Assembly (NCBI GenBank): GCA_045595505.1
Contig: JAZOAO010000027.1
Span: 84,717 to 148,716 of the forward strand
Source of the DNA: Acutalibacteraceae bacterium
Lineage (GTDB): Bacteria; Bacillota; Clostridia; Oscillospirales; Acutalibacteraceae
Direction: 5' to 3'
Length of the DNA stretch: 64,000 nt
Shown: in pieces, positions 20,171-26,666 of the stretch
Position numbering within the stretch: the first letter of the stretch is position 1
Layout of the letters: each line of letters begins with the position of its first letter
The notes under the pieces: generated by a model
The model's database searches: none
Told to the model about the DNA's origin: nothing
The model's input: only the letters and a program-made list of their open reading frames with translations
Translations under genes and position numbers: made by a program

Positions 20171-20199
20171 TTGACATTTTATATTATATATGATATTAT
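20171..20199 (+). promoter_or_regulatory. Strong sigma-A type promoter of the island xre gene
   Basis: TTGACA (20171-20176), a 17-nt spacer, then TATTAT (20194-20199), 34 nt upstream of the xre ATG. A second candidate, ttgtat-N17-tataat, lies about 90 nt further upstream. Confidence 0.6.
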
Positions 20200-20232
20200 G
20201 TTATCCCGTTAATTGAAAAGGAGGTTTTTTGT

Positions 20233-20553
20233 ATGTCAGCCGAGTTGAGACGATTAGGCTCTAATATTGAAAAAGCTTCACGAAGTAACTACAAGCAGAT
20301 TGAAGAATTTGCAAACGATACTAATTTGTCTGTGAGAGATGTTCACCGTCTTTTTGAAGGCAGATTGATATTATCCCCTTTACAGCTTAAAGTGATTTCT
20401 GAGAAAGTCAATACACCGTTAAAGGAATTGCTTGATATTTCAGGTGAATATACTCTTGTTGAGTGTATGGGTCGCTTTAAAGATGAAAAAAATGAAGACA
20501 AGATTCTTGATTTGATTGATAATTATATTGATCTAGTTGAAGCTGTTTTTTGA
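20233..20553 (+). CDS. XRE-family helix-turn-helix regulator (106 aa)
   Basis: LGSNIEKASRSNYKQIEEFANDTNLSVRDVHRLFEGRLILSPLQLKVISEKVNTPLKELL follows the HTH_XRE/Cro-C1 pattern. RBS aaaggagg is present. It lies directly upstream of an ImmA/IrrE gene. Confidence 0.75.
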   Translation: MSAELRRLGSNIEKASRSNYKQIEEFANDTNLSVRDVHRLFEGRLILSPLQLKVISEKVNTPLKELLDISGEYTLVECMGRFKDEKNEDKILDLIDNYIDLVEAVF

Positions 20554-20560
20554 TTTTAGA

Positions 20561-20590
20561 GGGCATTTACAGGTTGTAAATGCCCTTTTT
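20561..20590 (+). terminator. Intrinsic terminator/attenuator between xre and immA
   Basis: Perfect 11-bp stem gggcatttaca / tgtaaatgccc (20561-20571 / 20575-20585), a 3-nt loop, then tttttc. It ends only 22 nt before the immA ATG and no promoter lies in between. Confidence 0.8.
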
Positions 20591-20612
20591 CTATAGGGAG
20601 TGATTTCAAATA

Positions 20613-21461
20613 ATGGATACAGAAGAGAAGAGAAAATATTTTGATGAAATAATTATCGATGTAGTTGATGAATGTCGGAAAGAAAACGATATTGTTAATG
20701 TCGTAATTCGCGATGATGTTTTTAAAATTTTAGAAAGTCATTGCAAAGTGATTTATTATCCACTTGAGAATGAGGATATAAATGGATTCCATGTAACTAG
20801 AACGGTATGTGGTGAAAGTTGTCATTTCGTATTTATTAATACTTGGAATACGCTGGAACGCCAAGTGTTTACTGCTGCTCATGAACTTGGGCATATTTGG
20901 AATGCTTATTCTAAGATTAAAGTAAAATTTCCAGAAATAGACGAATATGTGAGAATTACTGTTGATGAAATAACCCAAGAACCTCCGGAGGAGTTTGTTT
21001 CAAATCAATTTGCAGCACAACTATTATTACCTAAAGAGCAGTTTATTAGTGCTGTAAACGAGGCATTGGAGAAGTTGGATTATAATGGAAAAACTATTTC
21101 TAAGATGAATATGCTTAGATTAATAGCTAGTTTAATGGATACTTTTTTAGTAGACTACAAAGCTGTTACCAAGAGACTTTGCGAGATTGGGCGACTTAAA
21201 CCAGAAGTATATACTATTGTTAAAAATTATGAGTATGAATCTGATTTTGAAGAAACTTTTGATAGTATATTAAAACAGGGTGGTCACAAACGTTTGAACA
21301 AACGTACAGAAAATAATAGAAACATTTCTCATTTAACAGATGTTATTAGACAAGCAGAAAAACAAGGGTGTGTTTTGTCTTCTACAATAGAGAATTTAAA
21401 AACTGAATTTGAGATAACAACAACCGAACCTTCAGACCAGGATAGTGTGGTTGTGTTCTAA
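20613..21461 (+). CDS. ImmA/IrrE-family (COG2856, M78) zinc metallopeptidase
   Basis: The HExxH motif occurs in FTAAHELGHIW. The downstream block EEFVSNQFAAQLLLPKEQF is characteristic of ImmA/IrrE peptidases. Confidence 0.85.
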   Translation: MDTEEKRKYFDEIIIDVVDECRKENDIVNVVIRDDVFKILESHCKVIYYPLENEDINGFHVTRTVCGESCHFVFINTWNTLERQVFTAAHELGHIWNAYSKIKVKFPEIDEYVRITVDEITQEPPEEFVSNQFAAQLLLPKEQFISAVNEALEKLDYNGKTISKMNMLRLIASLMDTFLVDYKAVTKRLCEIGRLKPEVYTIVKNYEYESDFEETFDSILKQGGHKRLNKRTENNRNISHLTDVIRQAEKQGCVLSSTIENLKTEFEITTTEPSDQDSVVVF

Positions 21462-22083
21462 GGATGTGGTACCAGTGGGGAAAGTAGTTGTCGATACTGA
21501 TTTTCTCAATCATATTTTAAAAACTACTAATGGTGAAGATGTGATGCAAAAAATCGTTGACTTTTATGGATACGAATTAGTGATGCATCCGTGGGTATAT
21601 GAAAGAGAAATTAAGAACATAAATACAACAGTTGAAGCCTATGTGCAAAAAAATGTTGTTGTATTAAATTACACAGACTTTCTGAAAACTGAGGAGGATG
21701 AAATGCTTTATGATATTGTGTTTCAAGATCTTCATCGGGAAATGAATCGCGGTAAAACTGTTGATGAAAGTTACAGGTCATTTAAGACATATAATAAATC
21801 GGGAATGAATCTTGGTGAAATCCACTCTGTAATTTTGTCTAGGTTTTCTGGAATACCCTTGTTGTTATCTGACGATCATAATGCTAAAGAAATTGCTGCT
21901 AAAAAAATTAATGCTGATGGATATGAATTGAATGTTGAAAAATCCTTTGATATAATGTGTGATATAGTCACAAAAGATAAAAGTATTTTGGAACTAGAAG
22001 ATATTATTTCAGTAATAAGAAATCATAAACAAGAATATCAGAAAAATTATATAAGACAAATAAAGGAACTATATAAAAATTAA
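21445..22083 (+). CDS. PIN-like (DUF4411-type) putative nuclease
   Basis: Acidic residues occur in PIN-like spacing (VVVDTDFLNH, HPWVYEREI, NLGEIHSV, LLLSDDHNAKE). It overlaps or abuts the end of immA. The start is ambiguous: GTG at 21445, 21466 or 21475, the last about 10 nt after aagga. The domain call is by eye only. Confidence 0.5.
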   Translation: MWLCSKDVVPVGKVVVDTDFLNHILKTTNGEDVMQKIVDFYGYELVMHPWVYEREIKNINTTVEAYVQKNVVVLNYTDFLKTEEDEMLYDIVFQDLHREMNRGKTVDESYRSFKTYNKSGMNLGEIHSVILSRFSGIPLLLSDDHNAKEIAAKKINADGYELNVEKSFDIMCDIVTKDKSILELEDIISVIRNHKQEYQKNYIRQIKELYKN

Positions 22084-22215
22084 ACAATTATTGGCGGCGG
22101 AGTTGTTATAGAGTACATAATAAGATAGTTGTTCTTTTGAATGTAAATGAAGGGGAACAAATTTAAATATAAATCTAAAAGACTTTTAAATTCAATTATT
22201 CAGGAGAGAGCGAAA

Positions 22216-22752
22216 ATGATATTATCAGATAAAACATTAACTAAAATGCTTGAAGAAAAAACACTTGTTGTTGAACCGATTGAAAAGGAACAGATTCAAC
22301 CTGCAAGTATAGATATAAGATTAGGAAATACTTTCAGTATCGTAGAAGATACATCAACGGGCATTATAAATTTAGAAAATGAAATTAAATACAAAACAAT
22401 AACAAGTGACTCATACATATTATTGCCTAACCAATTTGTGTTAGCAACTACTATGGAATATTTCGATTTACCTGATGATTTGACTGCTTTTGTTGAGGGC
22501 AGAAGTTCTCTTGGTAGAATGGGATTGTTTATTCAAAATGCAGGTTGGGTTGACCCTGGATTCAAAGGTGAAATCACACTTGAACTTTACAATGCTAATC
22601 GTTGTGCAATTGAACTTAAAGCAGGTAGGAGAGTAGGGCAGCTTGTATTTGCAAAAATGGATGATACAGCGCTTAACCCATATAATGGTAAGTATCAAGG
22701 TCAGCGTGGTGCAACAGGTTCAAGAGTGTTTATGGATAAGGAAATTAAGTAA
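22216..22752 (+). CDS. dcd: dCTP deaminase (Dcd/dUTPase-fold)
   Basis: MILSDKTL...PASIDIRLGN...FVEGRSSLGRMGLFIQNAGWVDPGFKGEITLELYN...GQLVF...YNGKYQGQRG aligns along its length with canonical Dcd. Start placed at ATG 22216 behind RBS aggagag; the track ORF starts at 22147. Confidence 0.9.
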   Translation: MILSDKTLTKMLEEKTLVVEPIEKEQIQPASIDIRLGNTFSIVEDTSTGIINLENEIKYKTITSDSYILLPNQFVLATTMEYFDLPDDLTAFVEGRSSLGRMGLFIQNAGWVDPGFKGEITLELYNANRCAIELKAGRRVGQLVFAKMDDTALNPYNGKYQGQRGATGSRVFMDKEIK

Positions 22753-22780
22753 ATAAATTCCTACATTTCCTCGTTGCTCC

Positions 22781-22807
22781 ACAGGCAGCTATCAAGGACT
22801 AATTCTT
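22781..22807 (+). repeat. 27-nt 3'-UTR repeat, copy 1 (acaggcagctatcaaggactaattctt)
   Basis: Identical to 26477..26503. Each copy begins about 25-30 nt after a stop codon that sits in the context aagtaa (the dcd stop and the nuclease-like gene stop). Confidence 0.9.
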
Positions 22808-22866
22808 AAACTATCAAGGTGCAAACCTGATTAGCACGTAAAGTGTAAAACTAAATATCAAATTGA

Positions 22867-22901
22867 GACTTCGTTGGAGAAATCCGGCGGAGTCTTTTTT
22901 T
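22867..22901 (+). terminator. Intrinsic terminator after dcd (member of a 3-copy hairpin family)
   Basis: 12-bp stem gacttcgttgga / tccggcggagtc with three G-U pairs, a gaaa loop and 7 T. The apical ttgga-gaaa-tcc is shared with the hairpins at 23295 and 26527. Confidence 0.8.
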
Positions 22902-22906
22902 GTACC

Positions 22907-23275
22907 TTTTTAGACTTACAAAATCGGCAATTGCTCAGGCGTTATTCCAAGCCCCACCCACGCCCACCACAAGCGTTCCAAGTGCCTTCGAGCATAACTC
23001 AGGTAAACATCCTGAAAGTTTCAATCCCAGTAGAATCAAGCGATTACCGAGGTGAGAACGGGTGTAAAAGGGTCGCTCCGAAATCCGAAAAAATGTCTTT
23101 GTGCAGGCGTAAAGCGAATGTGAACAACCGCAGATACCCCTGATAATCCAAGCCTTAACTCTGGCAGGCGTGAAAGTTATTTGGGACTTTTTTGAGATTG
23201 TTTTGGTCTTTGTCCGTTGATAATCAAATTCGCACTTTGGTTGATAAATTGAATTGCACTTGAATATTATTCGGA
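22907..23275 (+). ncRNA. GC-rich non-coding unit; candidate structured RNA or decayed cassette (function unknown)
   Basis: It is bracketed by two terminators. My hand count gives 116 G+C in 240 nt (48%) for 22921-23160, versus 25-33% in two 60-nt lines counted in the next cassette. Neither strand has an ORF with an RBS. Short direct repeats are present: caggcgt three times, ccaagcc twice, caagcg twice. The strand is assumed from the flanking terminators. Confidence 0.3.
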
Positions 23276-23294
23276 AAAGCAAATAACTAAATGA

Positions 23295-23326
23295 ATCCCC
23301 TTGGAGAAATCCAAGGGGATCTTTTG
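23295..23326 (+). terminator. Intrinsic terminator (hairpin family copy 2)
   Basis: Perfect 11-bp stem atccccttgga / tccaaggggat, a gaaa loop, then cttttg. Confidence 0.85.
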
Positions 23327-23328
23327 TG

Positions 23329-23440
23329 TATAGTCCTTTTCATTGTACAACCAATTGGCTTCGTTAGTTGATTTTTAGTGTTTTGATTTTGTATAATGGC
23401 GATACTTTATAAAATGAAAGGGTTGTTAATATGCAGAACG
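23329..23440 (+). repeat. Promoter/leader module copy A (TTGTACAA palindrome, -35/-10, RBS, first three codons MQN)
   Basis: I count 6 mismatches and no indel over about 110 nt against 25295..25406. Contents: ttgtacaa 23343-23350, ccaattgg 23351-23358, TTGATT 23368-23373, an 18-nt spacer, TATAAT 23392-23397, RBS aaaggg, ATG 23431. Confidence 0.9.
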
Positions 23441-24192
23441 AAAATTTACTTTTTTCGTTAAAAACAAACAATGAATATGCCTATGCTTTTTATATTTACG
23501 AAGATGGCGCTCTTGTGAGTATTAAAAATTCGACAATAAAAATATTCTCACTTAAACCGAGCACATTAAAGAAATTCCGCTCTCAAATAAAAAAGTCTCA
23601 AAAAAGACTGAACGATGTACCCCAACAGTTAATCGGATATAAAGACGGGCTTATACTTTTTGTAAGTGAGGTGTGTTTCGGAGATAAAATCTTTTTTATT
23701 GATTACACCATAAATGATGCTGAAACACCTAACGAAAACTACCGCTGTACAATAAAGGCGTGCTTGGATGCACTTTTCCTTTTAGGAAAATTAGAGCCGC
23801 TTGTAATTAACGATACTGGAATTTATATGCTTGACCATTCACAAGACATTCACATCCAAATACAAACCACACGCCAACAGATATTAAATGAAACAGATGT
23901 GTATGTAAAATATTCATTGATAACATTTTTGATGACAATACTTCATTGGAGTAACTACGAAATATATTATTTAACCAGCGGCACACTCCCCATTTCCAAA
24001 AATGATATTTATAGTTTCTGTTTACTTGATGACGTTGTTCAAGATTGTTCTTATGACTCTATGCCGTTTAATGATTTTATGAATTTATTAATGAAAATAA
24101 ACAAAACCGCAAAAGTAAAATATCAGCACGCGTTACATAGCTGGTCATTAGATGCTGTGCGAGATTGTATACTTGCAAACAAAACAATATAG
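23431..24192 (+). CDS. Hypothetical protein (253 aa), island cassette 1
   Basis: Clean ORF driven by module copy A. I recognise no family. Confidence 0.6.
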   Translation: MQNENLLFSLKTNNEYAYAFYIYEDGALVSIKNSTIKIFSLKPSTLKKFRSQIKKSQKRLNDVPQQLIGYKDGLILFVSEVCFGDKIFFIDYTINDAETPNENYRCTIKACLDALFLLGKLEPLVINDTGIYMLDHSQDIHIQIQTTRQQILNETDVYVKYSLITFLMTILHWSNYEIYYLTSGTLPISKNDIYSFCLLDDVVQDCSYDSMPFNDFMNLLMKINKTAKVKYQHALHSWSLDAVRDCILANKTI

Positions 24193-24208
24193 CATCTTGA
24201 TATAAAAA

Positions 24209-24251
24209 TCCCTTTTATTGTACAACAAAGAGGTTTCGTTAGTTGATTTTT
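24209..24251 (+). repeat. Partial copy of the module (tcccttttattgtacaac...tttcgttagttgattttt)
   Basis: It shares the palindrome ttgtacaa (24218-24225) and the -35-containing gttagttgattttt segment with copies A and C, then diverges. A possible -10, taaaat, lies at about 24266. Confidence 0.75.
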
Positions 24252-24352
24252 GAAAATCCGTTTGCTAAAATGAAGTGGGAATTATACTTTGTGACAAAAT
24301 TTTATATTTCGTAGTTGTTAATACGAATACAATTTTAAAACGGGGGAGCAAT

Positions 24353-25273
24353 ATGTGGAAGATTACAAGAAAGCTTAGTTTTGCGATAGTGGACGAGGAA
24401 GAGTTTACTGATTTTCAAGAAGCTAAAATTCAATTTCGTAATGCTATTAAAGATAGGGTAGGCAGACATTTACCCAAATTTATAAAACAAATTGAAGGAT
24501 ATTGTAAGAAATATTACCCTTTAGGACATCCAGATGAATTTGATTTGTTGAAAGATTTGCTTTGTAATATTGTTACTAATCCTGAATATCCTGAAAACCC
24601 AGAAGTTTTTAATTTTTTGCGTTTTGAAGATGATAATGTTGAATTCTATATGGATGAAACTACAAAGGAAATAGTTGTTAGAGCAAAAAAAGAAGAACTC
24701 TCAGGAGAATTCCCATATATTGAAATAAATTCGATATTACTTGATGACCCAAAAGGTGAATATTATTTCTTTTTTACAAACAAATATAGAAATGAATATA
24801 CTAATCATTACTCAACCGATATTACGTTATATTGTGATGAGTTGAAAAATGATGAGATTAATTCTGATAACGAAGACCTTGAAGATGAATCCGAGGAACT
24901 GTATTCTGATTTGGTGATAATTGAGTCTTCATATGTGTTAGGAATAAGTATAAAAAAAGAACGTTTGTTGACTAAAGAAGAAATAGAAAAATATAAAAAA
25001 GAAATACCGAGAGGGGATGTATATGACCGAAGAGAGAATCTTTATTTTCCAAATAAAGCAGATATGCCAAAAAGTGAATTTAGGGAAATAGGGGTTTTGT
25101 GTTATACAGATGGTAGGGATATCTATTCCCGTGTGGCTCTTGATATAGAAAATGCAGATAAAACAAATTTAGTGGTTGGTGACGAATTTCTTTATGAGAC
25201 TTGTTTTTTTACTTTAATAGATAAAAACTTAGCTGTTTCAACCGATTATGAATGTAATTTTGAATTTGAATGA
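24353..25273 (+). CDS. Hypothetical acidic protein (306 aa), island cassette 2
   Basis: Start placed at ATG 24353 (MWKITRKL) behind RBS gggggag; the track ORF starts at 24275. The protein is Asp/Glu-rich (DNEDLEDESEELYSD). No family recognised. Confidence 0.6.
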   Translation: MWKITRKLSFAIVDEEEFTDFQEAKIQFRNAIKDRVGRHLPKFIKQIEGYCKKYYPLGHPDEFDLLKDLLCNIVTNPEYPENPEVFNFLRFEDDNVEFYMDETTKEIVVRAKKEELSGEFPYIEINSILLDDPKGEYYFFFTNKYRNEYTNHYSTDITLYCDELKNDEINSDNEDLEDESEELYSDLVIIESSYVLGISIKKERLLTKEEIEKYKKEIPRGDVYDRRENLYFPNKADMPKSEFREIGVLCYTDGRDIYSRVALDIENADKTNLVVGDEFLYETCFFTLIDKNLAVSTDYECNFEFE

Positions 25274-25294
25274 TTTTTTGTCTGTATAGGTTTA

Positions 25295-25406
25295 TATAGT
25301 CCCTTTTATTGTACAACCAAGTGGCTTCGTTAGTTGATTTTTGGTGTTTCGATTTTGTATAATAGCGATACTTTATAAAATGAAAGGGTTGTTAATATGC
25401 AGAATA
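25295..25406 (+). repeat. Promoter/leader module copy C
   Basis: Same architecture as copy A at a constant offset of 1966 nt: ttgtacaa 25309-25316, TTGATT 25334-25339, TATAAT 25358-25363, ATG 25397 (MQN...). Confidence 0.9.
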
Positions 25407-25942
25407 AAAATTATGTTGATTTTTCCACCAATATTTCCCCCACTGATTTTACCCTTGAAATGTATAAAAACACAGCAGAGGACGGCACGTTATATCTTAA
25501 TAATTGGTACGATGTGGATTGTGAAGACTGTCAGACCTATAACAGCTTTGTGGCAAATATTAAATGGTCGGCAGAAGATGTTGAACATGCAATATGTGAA
25601 TATAACAAACTTTATAAGGAGTTAGACGTTATTGCAGACCACCTTGATGAATTAGATGGTACATCCGCAACAGCACAAGAAGTATTACCCGATGAATTAG
25701 TAGCAAGCTATTGTATTTTTGTTGCACCTTTTGAAGCAACAAAACAGCAAGAATTAAATGCTGAGGTTATTGGCAGAGTGTCAGACGGTCCTTGTGGGTA
25801 TGGATTAATCCGCCACGCTCAACGCTTGTGCCGTTTGTTATCCCTTAACGCACCAGAGTTAGTAGTTCAAAACGAAGCAAGAATGTTATTTGCAAGTCTT
25901 GCAATTCATTCTTTCGGCGAAAAAATAGAAAAGGTAGATTGA
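25397..25942 (+). CDS. Hypothetical protein (181 aa), island cassette 3
   Basis: Clean ORF behind module copy C. It shares only its first three codons with cassette 1. No family recognised. Confidence 0.6.
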   Translation: MQNKNYVDFSTNISPTDFTLEMYKNTAEDGTLYLNNWYDVDCEDCQTYNSFVANIKWSAEDVEHAICEYNKLYKELDVIADHLDELDGTSATAQEVLPDELVASYCIFVAPFEATKQQELNAEVIGRVSDGPCGYGLIRHAQRLCRLLSLNAPELVVQNEARMLFASLAIHSFGEKIEKVD

Positions 25943-26011
25943 GCAGTAAAATAATGACTTTTAAAAATTTGTTTGCTATGATGTATTATATTATTAAAAT
26001 GGGGTGTTGTT

Positions 26012-26452
26012 ATGGGTGAAAATCGATTAAAAACAAATCCTGCAGGTGCAGCAGGTGAAAGTTATGTTCTTGCAGAGCTGTTGCGTCGTGGATATACAGC
26101 ATCGACCTTGTATAATTGTGCAAAAGATTATGATTTGCTTGCATACCATCCAGATAAGGATAAATATCTAAAGATTCAAGTTAAGACGAGTCAATCAAAA
26201 AGTAAAATTTGGAAATTGGGCGACAAACCGCCTTACTATGATAATGAGACATTTTACGTTTTTGTAACAATGGTTGGCGAAGAAATGCCTGAGTATTATA
26301 TCGTAGATAGCAAAAAAGTTTACGAAGTAGCAGAAAAAAGACATAATACACCTACTCGAAGCGGAACTGCAAGAACTTCGGGTAGAAAGTTTAAATTTGA
26401 AAAAGACGAAGAAAAACAATATAAAGATTGGAATATATTGTTGAGTAAGTAA
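26012..26452 (+). CDS. Putative PD-(D/E)xK-fold nuclease (146 aa), island cassette 4
   Basis: The order GAAGESYVLAELLRRGY ... DYDLLAY ... LKIQVKT resembles the helix / D / (E/Q)xK core of restriction-endonuclease-like and Hjc-like proteins. RBS ggggtg is present. The call is by motif only. Confidence 0.45.
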   Translation: MGENRLKTNPAGAAGESYVLAELLRRGYTASTLYNCAKDYDLLAYHPDKDKYLKIQVKTSQSKSKIWKLGDKPPYYDNETFYVFVTMVGEEMPEYYIVDSKKVYEVAEKRHNTPTRSGTARTSGRKFKFEKDEEKQYKDWNILLSK

Positions 26453-26476
26453 TTTCCCCACTTTGCTAACTGCTGG

Positions 26477-26503
26477 ACAGGCAGCTATCAAGGACTAATT
26501 CTT
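26477..26503 (+). repeat. 27-nt 3'-UTR repeat, copy 2
   Basis: Identical to 22781..22807. Here it is followed directly by aaaagcaaataactaa plus a terminator. In copy 1 the same continuation appears only after 23275. Confidence 0.9.
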
Positions 26504-26526
26504 TTAAAAAAGCAAATAACTAACGA

Positions 26527-26556
26527 ATCCCCTTGGAGCAATCCGAGGGGATTTTC
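26527..26556 (+). terminator. Intrinsic terminator (hairpin family copy 3), right end of the island
   Basis: 11-bp stem atccccttgga / tccgaggggat with one G-U pair, a gcaa loop, then ttttc. Confidence 0.8.
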
Positions 26557-26666
26557 TATGTGCAGATATTGAAAACAAAACATCTTTATTGTATAATGTG
26601 TCATGAAAGAGGTTTCATAATTTTAATATTGTTTTTTGTCGCAATTAAAATATTTTAAACAACAAG

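Noticed and set aside
22874-23282. 89-aa (+) and 115-aa (-) ORFs in the GC-rich unit after dcd
   Set aside because: They mutually overlap on opposite strands. Neither has a Shine-Dalgarno sequence, and their Pro/Arg/Cys-rich translations show no domain-like pattern. I treat the region as non-coding (candidate RNA) instead.
20003-26640. Reading the island as a prophage/ICE remnant or as an integron cassette array
   Set aside because: XRE plus ImmA is a classic lysogeny/ICE module, but the window has no integrase, excisionase, replication, structural or conjugation genes and no att-like flanking repeats. An integron reading is also rejected: there is no IntI, the cassettes carry their own promoters, and the 3' hairpins are ordinary GNRA-loop terminators with T-runs rather than attC-type bulged sites.
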